From the human T2T-CHM13v2.0 reference genome, Homo sapiens, in the NCBI RefSeq assembly GCF_009914755.1, contig NC_060925.1: a stretch of DNA of 64,000 nucleotides. One strand, given 5' to 3'. The position numbers were made by a program, and so were the translations under genes. The notes under the pieces were generated by a model that saw only the letters and a program-made list of their open reading frames with translations, searched no databases and was not told where the DNA came from. Below, piece after piece: positions 41,003 to 56,907 of this stretch (position 1 is the first letter of the stretch; every line of letters begins with the position of its first letter).

Positions 41003-43815
41003 TTGAGGGGGCTTTAATCTTGAGTTATAATTTGATTGTGCTGTGGTCTGAGAGACTGTTTGTTATGATTTCAGTTCTTTTGTATTTGCTGAGGAGAGTT
41101 TTACTTCCAATTATGCGATAGTTTTAGAGTAAGTGCCATAAGGTGCCAAGACAAAATTTTGTATTTTGTTGTTTTGGGAAGGAGAGTTCTGTAGACATCT
41201 ATCAGGTCCACATGATCTAGAGCTGAGTTCAAGTCCTGAATATCTTTGTTAATTTTCTGTCTCAATTATCTAATAGTGACGGTGGGGTATTAAAGTCTCT
41301 CACTATTATTGTGTAGGGGTCTAAGTCTCTTTGTAGGTCTCTAGGAACTTGTTTTATGAATCTGGATGCTCCTGTATTGGGTTCATAAATATTTACAATG
41401 GTTAGAAATTTTTGTCGAATTGAACTCTTTTACATTATGTAATGCCCTTCTTTGTCTTTTTTGACCTTTGTTGGTTTAAAATCTGTTTTGTCAGAAACTA
41501 GGATTGCTACCACTGCTTTTTCCTTTTTTCCTTTTGCTTGGTAAATTTTTCTCTATTCCTTTATTTTGAGTCTGTGTGCATCTTTGCACATAAGATGTGT
41601 CTCTTGAATACAGCACATCAATGGGTGACTTTGGCTGTTGTTGACATCTTAACAGTATTAACCCTTCCAATTGATAAATATATAGGATGCATTTCCATTT
41701 ATTCGTGTCTTCTTTAATAGCTCTAATCAGCATTTTCTCATTTTCAATGTATAAAGTTTTTAACTCCTTGGTTAGGTTTATTCTTAAGTGTTTTATTTCT
41801 TTTTGTTACTATTGGAAATAAAATCAGAGTGTAGTTTTCAGATTGTTCTTTGTTAGTGTATAGAATTACAACAGATTCTGGTTGTTGATGTTGCATCCTG
41901 TAATTTTGCTAATTTTATTTATTATTTATCCTAAGTTTTCTACATATATAATTATGTCATATGCAAATAGAAATAATTTTAGTTCTTTCTTTTGAAATAA
42001 GATAATTTTTATTTCTTTTCTTGTTTAATTGTTTTGACTGAACTTGCAGTAATGTGTTAAGTAGATGCAGAGAAAGTGGACTTCCGTGTCTTGTTGCAAA
42101 TCTTAGAGTCAAAGCTGCCAGTCTTTCATTATTATGATGAAGCTGTGGGTTAAAATCCCAACTGTCACATAATTTTTACATCACTTTAATGTTTTATGAA
42201 AGAAATGCATAGACATGGTCTCAGCAGACCACAGGGTAAAATGTTAGAAACATAACAAACTCTTGCTGACCCCAAAGGCAAGGACTTCAAATTATCTTTT
42301 CAGTTTTCCCTCATATTTGTCCATGTATTTTCAGACAATACATTCATCTGATAATGCTTGATTTTCTATATCTCAAATATCATTCCTTGATCCATGATAC
42401 AGACCCCCATGGATAGTAACTGCTCCCTCCTCCGTCATCACCCCCAGGTTCCTTACACTTCTCCCATTGTCACAGCAGAACTGCATTACACCTTATGTCT
42501 GCACCAAGGGGTTGACAACATCATTTCATCTTATGGAATTTATTGCTACAATACAAAAAATATAAACTATTGTAAAACCTGGTTATATATATATATATCT
42601 TCTGATATTTATTACTTTTATTTCAAAAGCTTTAGAATTTGTCTTGTGGGTAATATTTAGAATTTTTAGGAAATTTTTCCGAGGAAATAGAATTTTTATA
42701 TAATATTTTTCAGGAAAGTATTTCTCACTTATTTTTGTGAATTTGCATGCCATTTGAATATGATGGTTAATATATTTCATTTCAGAGAAAATTTTTAAAG
42801 AATATTAACTTCATTATTATTTTGCTATATGCATTTCTAAGAAAGTCCTTAAGCACATATTGTTCCTCCAATATGATTTCCCTACTTTTTTTATCTTTCC
42901 TAAATTACAATTTTTTCATATTGTTGTTGCTTTTGTTTACCTTCTAATAGATTTTTCTTACTTTGCCTTTTGAAACTTTCACTTAATATTTTTTATCAAT
43001 TATTATATTTTTAATTTTCAAAGGTCCTTTATGTTACCTGTTGCATCCTTTCAGATAGCAAATGATATTTATTTCACAGATTTCGTAACATATCATACAT
43101 CTCTGAAGATATGAATTCTGATCACAACAATTCATTCTTTCTGCATTTTTAATCATTATAATCTCAGTGTATTTATGAGTATGATCATGTGTGATTATGC
43201 ATATTTCTGTGTGTTTGCATGCTGTGTGAATGTTAGTTGTATACGTGGTTATAGTAGCTCAAAATTCTGGTGGTATTTGGCTCTAGACTAATATTTAAGC
43301 CTAAAAAACTCCAGTTCTTTTAGGCATACTGTGCAAAGTTGTTCTCTGATGTCTTCTATCTGGAGTAGAGTTTCTAACGCACCTCTACCCGGAAGTTTGT
43401 CAGAATTCTAGTTTCCCTTTTTATTTAAGAGATTGAATTTTCCTCAAAATTCATTCTTTTGAAGGATCCATAAAGCAATCTGTAATGTTATCTAAGCACT
43501 AGAGAAGGAAAAGACAAAATGTGTAACCTATTTGGTAAGGCATCTGCTTTAACTAGAGAATTTTGAAATTAGGCAAGGAGGCAAAAGAGAATGGATGATG
43601 ATGAATATTGAAAATCAAGAGCGTGAATTAACATGACTTTGGTTAAAGGGACATAGCAATAAGGATTCCTTCTGGATTTCTAAATAAATGAACCACAAAA
43701 TGATAACTGACTAAATAATTGATAATTGGCATTATTGTGCAAACATCATTCAAGTTTCTCAAAATAGCAGAGAGGCTGCTGCAGTTTTAGAAGTAAATCT
43801 GGCAGAATAAACATG

Positions 43816-44105
43816 GGTTGGGTGGGGAAGCTCATGACTGCACTCCCAGCATTTGCAAGGCCAAGACAGGAGGATTGGTGAGGCCAAGAGTTCAAAACCA
43901 GCCTGGCAACATAGCAAGACTTCATGTCTACAAAAATAGAAAGTTAACTAGGTATGGTGGCTTGTGGTCGTAGTCTCAGCTACTCAGGAGGCTGAGGCAG
44001 GTGGATTGCTTGAGCCAGAATGTCAAGGATGCAGTGAGCTATGATATTGCCACTTCACTCCCACCTGGGTAACAGAGAGAGACCCTGTCACTCAAAAAAA
44101 AAAAA
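43816..44105 (+). mobile_element. AluJ
   Basis: GGAGGATTG..GAGGCCAAGAGTTC, GCAGTGAGCTATGAT; TSD AG.ATAAA.ATGG. Confidence 0.85.
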
Positions 44106-44734
44106 AGTATAAATATGGAAAGATAATAGATCATCCTATAAAGATAATACTAATTTTTCAAATATAAATCTAAATGTATGCATTTATACTGACTTTCTAT
44201 GCATATGTATTCAATATAACATCTGATTTTGATTATATCTGAATTAGTGTCAGGCAGTAAAACATTATTCTATTGAAGTTGTAATAGAGATATCTTTCTT
44301 ATAAATTTACATATTTCTCAGAAAAATATCTGGTAACAAATGTTGGTATCATCAAATGTAAAACTGTAGGTAAAAATTAAGATTTCTCTTTCAAAATAGG
44401 TAAGAAGTCAGATCAAAGAAGGCTGAGTACAATAAAACATTTTGAGAGAGAAAGATAGAGACCATATTGACATAATTTGTATTATAGTATACTGTATATT
44501 CATTCTATTTTATTATAAGTTACTCTTGTTTATCTCTTACTTGTCTTATTTAAAAATTAAACTTTATCAGAAGTATGTGTGGACAGAAAATAATAGTGTA
44601 TATAGGGCTCAGTGTCAACTCCAGTCTCAAGAATTTACTGAGGGGCTTCAAATGCATTCCCTGCAGATAAAGACGAATTTCTGTGCTTAACTTACCCTTG
44701 TGTCTCCCTTCAGGAAAGAGCACACGAATGCCCC

Positions 44735-45673
44735 ATGGAAAATTACAATCAAACATCAACTGATTTCATCTTATTAGGATTCTTCCCACCATCAAGAATT
44801 GGCCTTTTCCTCTTCATCCTCATTGTTTTCATTTTCCTAATGGCTCTAATTGGAAACCTATCCATGATTCTTCTCATCTTCTTGGACACCCATCTCCACA
44901 CACCCATGTATTTCCTACTTAGTCAGCTCTCCCTCATTGACCTAAATTACATCTCCACCATTGTTCCTAAGATGGCATCTGATTTTCTGTCTGGTAACAA
45001 GTCTATCTCCTTCACTGGGTGTGGGATTCAGAGTTTCTTCTTCTCGGCATTAGGAGGTGCAGAAGCACTACTTTTGGCATCTATGGCCTATGATCGTTAC
45101 ATTGCTATTTGCTTTCCTCTTCACTATCCCATCCGCATGAGCAAAAGAATGTGTGTGCTGATGATAACAGGGTCTTGGATCATAGGCTCGATCAATGCTT
45201 GTGCTCACACTGTATATGTACTCCATATTCCTTATTGCCAATCCAGGGCCATCAATCATTTCTTCTGTGATGTCCCAGCAATGGTGACTCTGGCCTGCAT
45301 GGACACCTGGGTCTATGAGGGCACAGTGTTTTTGAGCACCACCATCTTTCTCGTGTTTCCCTTCATTGCTATTTCATGTTCCTATGGCCGGGTTCTCCTT
45401 GCTGTCTACCACATGAAATCTGCAGAAGGGAGGAAGAAAGCCTACCTGACCTGCAGCACCCACCTCACTGTAGTAACTTTCTACTATGCACCTTTTGTCT
45501 ACACTTATCTACGTCCAAGATCCCTGCGATCTCCAACAGAGGACAAGGTTCTGGCTGTCTTCTACACCACCCTCACTCCAATGCTCAACCCCATCATCTA
45601 TAGCCTGAGGAACAAGGAGGTGATGGGGGCCCTGACACGAGTGAGTCAGAGAATCTGCTCTGGGAAAATGTAG
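44735..45673 (+). CDS. OR2L3: Olfactory receptor family 2L, 312 aa, intact
   Basis: Complete ORF with OR motifs; GFFPPSRIG, SALGGAEALLLASM, C-terminus SQRICSGKM; acceptor AG at 44712-44713. Confidence 0.92.
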   Translation: MENYNQTSTDFILLGFFPPSRIGLFLFILIVFIFLMALIGNLSMILLIFLDTHLHTPMYFLLSQLSLIDLNYISTIVPKMASDFLSGNKSISFTGCGIQSFFFSALGGAEALLLASMAYDRYIAICFPLHYPIRMSKRMCVLMITGSWIIGSINACAHTVYVLHIPYCQSRAINHFFCDVPAMVTLACMDTWVYEGTVFLSTTIFLVFPFIAISCSYGRVLLAVYHMKSAEGRKKAYLTCSTHLTVVTFYYAPFVYTYLRPRSLRSPTEDKVLAVFYTTLTPMLNPIIYSLRNKEVMGALTRVSQRICSGKM

Positions 45674-46339
45674 AAACATTTTCTACCTAAGGTCTCAGGA
45701 CTCAGATACACATCCATCCAGCAGTGTATAGTAATTAAAATATTATTTCAATCCTAGAGTTCAGGAGCTAAAAGTAATCAAGGTAAGAGAAAAAAATCAC
45801 TGATTTCTGGACAAAATTGTTTTACATATATATGTATATATAACTCCAAACAACCTTTTTTCTTCATGGCATTGTTTCCATAAATTTTGAAAGCACCTAC
45901 TTTTACTAATATGTTGTCAATGAGAATTTTTGTTTTTGGTCATGCAGAAATGGAAATGAAATTGGTCTAACTGAAGTTGGCACTCAGCATAACAATTTCC
46001 TTATGGTCAGTTTATTTTCCAGTAATTTTAAATTTACTTTTTTGTTTATGTCTAAAACAAAACAAAAAATAAGTCTCTTGACTTGGTGTATCTAGTTGAA
46101 AGCTGTAAGATGTTTTGTCTTTCTTATCTTAGACACTTAACGTACCAATTACTCATTCTTTCAATTTAGGGAACTCATTACACAGTTTAGCAGAGAGCTC
46201 ATCAGGGATTCTTAAGTCCTGATACCACTCTGGATGGCCTATGACAAGATTATGTTCTTTATAGGGGAATGAATCCCAGGAAATGATTTAACATTAGGTA
46301 TATTTTAGATCAACAAAAGGACTGGAACATGCCAGCAGT

Positions 46340-47325
46340 AATAAAAATGATTACATTTAGGTCTTTAACCTGTTTTGAGTTGATTTGGATATAGTGTAAT
46401 GACTGGGAGTTTATTTTCATTTTTCTGCTTAAAAATATCCAGTTTTGCCAGCACCTTATATTGAAGACACTGTCTTTTTCCCAATGAACAGTCTTGGGTC
46501 TGTTGTCAAAAATCAGTTGCACAGAAAGGTTTTGCTTGTTCTCACTCCTATGCGAGAGCTAGAATTTTTAAAAACTGAACTAGTGGAAATAGAGAAGAGA
46601 CTGATGGTCACCAGAGGGTGGGAAGGGTACAGGGGAGGGACGATAAAGTGGGGATGGCTAATAGTTGCAAAAATATAATTAGATAGAATGAATAAGAGTA
46701 TTTGATAGCACAATAGAGTAACTATAGTAAACAATAATTTATTGTAGAATTTATTGTATGTATTAAAGAATAACTGAAAGAGTGGAATTGGAATGTTCCC
46801 AACACAAAGAAATAACCATATTTGAGGTGATGGTTACCCCGATTAACCCGATTTGATCATTATGCATTGTATGCCTTTATCAAAGCATCACATACACTCC
46901 GCAATTATATATTACTATTATGTATCCATAGTAATTAAAATAAAAGAACCAGTTCACTGTAGATATATGGATTTATTTCTGGGTTCTCTGTTCTGTTTCA
47001 CTGTTCTATGTGTCTGTTTTTATGCCAGTACCATTCTGTTTTGGTTATTCCATGTTTGTAGTATAGTTTGAAGTTTGGTACTCATGCCTCCAGTTTTTTC
47101 TTTTTATTCTACAGTGCTTTGACTATTTGGGTTCTTTAATAGTTCCATACAAATCTTAAATAATGGTTTTTACTATTTATGTGCAGAATGTCATTGGTAT
47201 TTTGATAGACATTGCATTGAATCTGTAGTTTGGTTATTTAAATAATATTAATTCTTCCAATCCATGAGCATTGGATTTCTTTCCATTCATTTGTATTCCT
47301 CTTCATTTTCTTTCACCAGTGATTT
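46340..47325. mobile_element. Antisense L1M ORF2 fragment with a sense L1MA 3' end (~46530-46945) nested inside
   Basis: ORF 46310-46522 resembles L1 ORF2 (QLIFD..KTVHWEKDSVFN); the nested part has L1MA 3'UTR motifs. Confidence 0.65.
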
Positions 47326-47839
47326 GTACAAATACATTCTAGTGTTCTCTTCCATGACTACCGTTAACGGTAAAGTATTACATAGTGCAATGCTCTTTAA
47401 ATGTCATTTCTATTTCTAAGCCTGTGGATATTTGTTTTACCATATTGTAGCAGTTAAAACATAAATTTTGAACTTGTTTTATAAATCAGACTATGTCTTT
47501 GTTGTGCTTTTTTGCAATGAGCAGTGTGTATTTTTATTTTGTAATGATTTACTAACAAAGTTTACTGCCTTAGCTTCCTGGCATTTCCTGTCCTGATATT
47601 CACTCAGCTAGGTCATATTCCATGAATACAACAGGGAGGGGCTTTGGGACAGAGAGAAAATAGGCCTTCCATCACGAGTCACTTGCTGCTGCCAGGGAGA
47701 GCACCTCCTCTCTTCCCAGGTAGGGACATTTGTACCCAACTGCCACCTGTGCCACTGCTTCTGTCATCACCACCAATCTGAGCCCAGCCACACCCAAGCC
47801 ACTCCTTGGAATCCTGTGGTGCTGTGAAGTATTACAAGA

Positions 47840-47871
<32 letters not shown>
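47840..47871. repeat. (TG)n microsatellite
   Basis: About 16 TG units with one CG interruption. Confidence 0.9.
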
Positions 47872-48174
47872 CATGCCTGAGAAGGCCAGGCAAATTGCCC
47901 CACGTGGGTGTTGCCTTAGCCCCCTTGTGTAGTCATTTCTACTGGACCACAACTGCTTGCTAATGCTGCCAACCTGTCCAGCTCTTCTGTCACATGCTTA
48001 CTCAGAGATGAAATTATTAAATATTCCAATGATAACAGCGGAGCATGAAACCATGCATGGAGCCCTTTGAGTGTAGGACCTTGTGCATAGGTCCACGAAG
48101 CCAGTCCTGAGAAGGATGGGAAGAGTGAGCAGGAAGTGAATGAGATCATGCAGTCTAGGATAGTGGTGGGATTG

Positions 48175-48572
48175 TGAGATGGTCTGGGTGTTTCTATCCT
48201 CCCAAAATCCATATGCTTAAATCTTAACCCTCAATGTCATAGTATTAGGAGTTGGGGCCTTTTGGGAAATGATTAGGTCATGAGGATAGCACCCTCTTGA
48301 ATAAGATTAATGCCTTTCTAAAGGAGGCTCAGGGGAGCTTGTTTGTCCCTTCTACCATGTGAGGTTACAACAGATGGTGCCATCTAGGGTGTCGTAGAAG
48401 CCATCGTCTATGAACCAGAAAGCAAGCCTTCTCAGGACACTGAATCTTCAGTCACTTTGTCTTAAGACAAAGAACTTCCCAGCTTCCACAACTCTGAGAA
48501 ATACATTTCTCTTGTTTATAGGTTACCCAGTTTAAGACATTTTTGTCATAGAAGCTTGAATAGACCAAGACA
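48175..48572 (+). mobile_element. MaLR solo LTR (MLT1A/MST-like)
   Basis: CCCAAAATCCATATG..AAATC..AACCC.CAATG...GGGGCCTTT.GGG..TGATTAGGTCATGAGG...AATACATTTCT...GACCAAGACA. Confidence 0.8.
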
Positions 48573-49459
48573 CAATACCTGCTGTTTTTGTTAGTTGTTA
48601 TTACTGGAAAAAGCCTGAGGGAAGACTGAATTAAGCAGTGGTGCCCAGTTCAGACCCTTTACCCATTCCAGGTAGTGATTCATGGAGGGAATCAGGAGAC
48701 CTAGCTGTATGATTTTCTGTGACATACCACGGCTTTGGGGAAATCATTCCATCTCTCTGAAGTTAGTTTACTGAAAAACAATATGGATGCCTTTATCTTA
48801 TTGGTAAATGGCATCATTGAAGTCCCACCTACTGACATTCCTGTATAGGCAATGGTAATCCTATTTTTCATGCCAGTGTCTCTGTGAATGGAGATAAAGA
48901 GGTCACCAATGAATGCTGAGCATTTCAAGGCTATCAGAAATGACTTCAAAATTCGTTTACCCCTGTAGGTTCTGGCTCAGGAAAGCAATAAGCTCGTCCC
49001 CACTGACATAGTATCTGTACTCAGAGGCCACTCCTTTCCCCTTGTGGTCATTAAGAAGAACAACGGAGAAAGAAGTCAAATTATCCAAATATACTGTCAT
49101 TTGCTACATTGTTTATGAGAATGTAGTCCTGATAATTTTGAAAGTTGGACAATAATTCCTCTTGGGGAAATTAATGAATTCATTACCTCACAGAGTCCTT
49201 GGCTCACTGTTCATTGTGCCTCGTTTTAGCCATTTTTCTTTCCATCCAAATGTTACGCTGTGGTTATTTTTCACTTCACAGTCATTCTTTAATTCTTTCA
49301 TGTCCTCAGGCTAGAAGATGCAAATTTTACAGCATGTGGTATCTATTAGCATTTCATACCACACAGTGTGCATTTAGAAATTTCTTATGTATTAAATTAG
49401 CAAAGTTTGATTTATGGAAAGGGACATGAGTATTCATTCTATTTTGAAGGATGAGTATC

Positions 49460-49779
49460 TTTCTTTTTTTTTTGCATTTATTTATTTATTTATTATTATT
49501 ATACTGTAAGTTTTAGGGTACATGTGCACAATGTGCAGGTTAGTTACATATGTATACATGTGCCATGCTGGTGCGCTGCACCCACTAACTCGTCATCTAG
49601 CATTAGGTATATCTCCTAATGCTATCCCTCCCCCCTCCCCCCACCCCACCACAGTCCCCGATGTGTGATGTTCCCCTTCCTGTGTCCATGTGTTCTCATT
49701 GTTCACTTCCCACCTATGAGTGAGAACATGCGGTGTTTGGTTTTTTGTCCTTGCGATAGTTTACTGAGAATGATGATTT
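49460..49779 (-). mobile_element. Young L1PA2/3 3' end (~320 bp)
   Basis: Poly-T plus GGTGCGCTGCACCCACTAACTCGTCATCTAGCATTAGG. Confidence 0.88.
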
Positions 49780-49822
49780 ATCACAACAAGCTGTGGTTCA
49801 ATAGTGACATAGTTGGGTAGAG

Positions 49823-50420
49823 TGAAGGAGTGAATTACATGCCATCCACAAATATGCTGAGTCAGCATGTTTATTAGTCTGAGCTGAAAACATGTGAGAA
49901 ATTTTGGTTAACATTGGAGAAAAAGGTTATCTCACCTGTCTTTTCAGCATGCAGCAAGTTCTAAAGATTCTTCCAGGAATCTCTGGTACATTCTGATACT
50001 CTTCCAGTACCCTCTCTGTATCAGAATAGAAAATAGCCCTTCACCAGAGCCTGACAGCTGGAGGAATGCAGTCTGAATAATAAACTACCAGAATTAACCC
50101 TTATTTTTCACTATCTTTACACCCCCATATACCTCCTAGTAACTCCCTTGGAATGTATGGCTTTGAGCCAGTTTCTCTTTTTTCTGTAATTTTTTCTGCA
50201 ACTTATCATTCTTTGTCTAAAATTATAAAAGCATCTTGTTTTGACCATTTATTTGGACTTCACACTCTTGTGAAGATTCCCATGTACATGTAAAATGAAT
50301 AAAACTTATATGCTTTTCCCTCGTTAATCTGTCTTGTACCAATTTGTTTCCTAGACCTTGGCAAAAAAACTCACAGAGGATATAAAGTGGGTGAGGTAGA
50401 GGTGATCCCTCATGTTTCTG
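49823..50420 (+). mobile_element. MER34/MER39-like ERV1 solo LTR
   Basis: TGAAGG..ATGCCA.CC.CAAATATG..GCAT...TGAGCTGAA start; TATAAAAG; AATAAAACTTATATGCTTTTC..GTTAATCTGTC. Right end approximate. Confidence 0.55.
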
Positions 50421-51753
50421 TAGAAGTAATAATTGTCTTCCTTTTGTAAGATTTACCTCAACCCCACTACTAACTTTTTTTTTACTTGCCTTTAAAATCT
50501 GGAGAAAAAATAGGCAATTATTTTACAGATGAAATATCTTATCAATCACTGAATACTTAGTACTTAGAGCATTTTAGGAGAATACAAAGATGAATACGTG
50601 GACCACACATGTTGGACTGAGGTCAATTTGACATTTGGGACTTAATCTCAGCTATTTTGTCTCACTGCCACCAAATTCAATCATATGATCCTTTTAATTT
50701 TATCTGCTAAATATTTTAAAATACATTTGTCTTCCTCAGTCCCTCTATTCACTGCCCTTACTTTTGATAGGGTTTTCCCTCTTTAAGGAAACTTAAAATT
50801 TCAGAAATTTTGTCTTTACCACAAGTAGTGTGTTATTTACCTTCAGTATCCTCTATGCATTCTATAATTGTAAGCTGTCTGGTGAAGCTAGCAGTGCCAA
50901 TTAGATAGTTGCAAAGATATTTCCCTGGTGCTAAAACTTAACTAGTGAAGATAGCTACCAGGGATCAGATGCTAAATACTGATTCAATAGACTTTATTAA
51001 AAGTAAATGATCACAAGCATCTACAATTTGCAGGAAAAAGCATTAATTCCAGGAGAAGACGAAGGGCTTAATGTCAGGGAGCAGTCATTGGCTATGTGAC
51101 ACTGATTTAAAGTGCAAGAAGTAATTCAGCAGGGCTACTAATTTTATCACAAGTTAGAGTTAATTTCCTGATTAAACATCTCATAAGTTTTGAATGGTTT
51201 ATCCCTATTTGCACTAGAAATTTTACCTTTTCAATGTGCAGTTTTACCAGCATAAAGTGTATTGAAAATCTCAGTATCATATTATAGCAGAACTGTCTAC
51301 TTTTACATATTATCAACTGAAACACCTTTTCAGCCCCCTAATAAACTGATTTGTTAGAAACATAGTTATACTGTATCTTCACAGGTAGTTTTAATTGGCT
51401 TCCTCTGAATTGCTGAGTTTAATTGTTCCTAGATAGTTGCATGTTTTTTAAAAATCCAGGAAAAACTCCTAAGTATAATAAAAATATTTGGTGTAATTAT
51501 TTGCTCATATTATTCTTTTTGTAGATTAATTTTCTTTAATAGCTAAATAATATGAGGGCTGGCAGCCAAGATGGCCAAATAGGAACAGCTCCAGTCTACA
51601 GCTCCCAGCGTGAGCGATGCAGAAGACGGGTGATTTCTGCATTTCCATCTGAGGTACCGGGTTCATCTCACTAGGGAGTGCCAGACAGTGGGCACAGGAC
51701 AGTGGGTGCAGCGCACCGTGTGCGAGCCGAAGCAGGGCAAGGCATTGCCTCAC

Positions 51754-52008
51754 TCAGGAAGCACAAGGGGTCAGGGAGTTCCCTTTCCTAGTCGAAGAAA
51801 GGGGTGACAGACGGCACCTGGAAAATCGGGCCACTCCCACCCGAATACTGCGCTTTTCCGACGGGCTTAAAAAACGGCGCGCCAGGAGGTTATATCCCAC
51901 ACCTGGCTCGGAGGGTCCCACGCCCACAGAGTCTCGCTGATTGCTAGCACAGCAGTCTGAGATCAAACTGCAAGGTGGCAGCGAGGCTGGGGGAGGGGCG
52001 CCCGCCAT
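51754..52008 (-). CDS. L1 ORF0 (antisense 5'UTR ORF), 84-aa variant
   Basis: ATG in GGGCAATGG context; MAGAPPPASLPPCSLISDCCASNQRDSVGVGPSEPG matches primate L1 ORF0. Expression not shown. Confidence 0.6.
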   Translation of the reverse strand: MAGAPPPASLPPCSLISDCCASNQRDSVGVGPSEPGVGYNLLARRFLSPSEKRSIRVGVARFSRCRLSPLSSTRKGNSLTPCAS

Positions 52009-53632
52009 TGCCCAGGCTTGCTTAGGTAAACAAAGCAGGCGGGAAGCTCGAACTGGGTGGAGCCCACCACAGCTCAAGGAGGCCTGCTTGCCTCTGTAGG
52101 CTCCACCTCTGGGGGCAGGGCACAGACAAACAAAAAGACAGCAGTAACCTCTGAAGACTTAAATGTCCCTGTCTGACAGCTTTGAAGAGAGCAGTGGTTC
52201 TCCCAGCACGCAGCTGGAGATCTGAGAAAGGGCAGACTGCCTCCTCAAGTGGGTCCCTGACCCCTGACCCCTGAGCAGCCTAACTGGGAGGCACCCCCCA
52301 GTAGGGGCAGACTGACACCTCACACGGCCGGGTACTCCTCTGAGACAAAATTTCCAGAGGAATGATCAGACAGCAGCATTCGCGGTTCATGAAAATCCGC
52401 TGTTCTGCAGCCACTGCTGCTGGTACCCAGGCAAACAGGGTCTGGAGTGGACCTCTAGCAAACTGCAACAGACCTGCAGCTGAGGGTCCTGTCTGTTAGA
52501 AGGAAAACTAACAAACAGAAAGGACATCCACATCAAAAACCCATCTGTACATCACCATCATCAAAGACAAAGATGGGGAAAAAACAGAGCAGAAAAACTG
52601 GAAACTCTAAAAAGCAGAGCACCTCTCCTCCTCCAAAGGAACACAGTTCCTCACCAGCAACGGAACAAAGCTGGACGGAGACTGACTTTGACGAGAGAAG
52701 AAGCCTTCAGACGATCAAACTACTCCGAGCTACAGGAGGAAATTCAAACCAAGGGCAAAGAAGTTAAAAACTTTGAAAAAAATGTAGATGAAAGTATAAC
52801 TAGAATAACCAATACAGAGTAGTCCTTAAAGGAGCTGATGGAGCTGAAAGCCAAGGCTCGAGAACTACATGAAGAATGCAGAAGCCTCAGGAGCCGATGC
52901 AATCAACTGGAAGAAAGGGTATCAGTGATGGAAGATGAAATGAATGAAATGAAGTGAGAAGGGAAGTTTAGAGAAAAAAGAATAAAAAGAAATGAACAAA
53001 GCCTCCAAGAAATATGGGACTATGTGAAAAGACCAAATCTACATCTGATTGGTGTACCTGAAAGTGACGGGGAGAATGGAACCAAGTTGCAAAACACTCA
53101 GCAGTATATTATCCAGGAGAACTTCCCCAATCTAGCAAGGCAGGCCAAAATTCAGATTCAGGAAATACAGAGAACGCCACAAAGATACTCCTCGAGAAGA
53201 GCAACTCCAAGACACATAATTGTCAGATTCACTAAAGTTGAAATGAAGGAAAAAATGTTAAGGGCAGCCAGAGAGAAAAGTCGGGTTACCCACAAAGGGA
53301 AGCCCATCAGCCTAACAGTGGATCTCTCAGCAGAAACTCTTCAAGCCAGAAGAGAGTGGGGGCCAATATTCAACATTCTTAAAGAAAAGAATTTTCCACC
53401 CAGAATTTCATATCCAGCCAAACTAAGCTTCATAAGTGAAGGAGAAATAAAATGCTTTACAGACAAGCAAATGCTGAGAGATTTTGTCACCACCAGGCCT
53501 GACCTAAAAGAGCTCCTGAAGGTAGCACTAAACATGGAAAGGAACAACCGGTACTAGCCACTGCAAAATCATGCCAAATTGTAAAGACCATCGATGCTAG
53601 GAAGAAACCGCATCAACTGTCGAGCAAAATAA

Positions 53633-56907
<3,275 letters not shown>

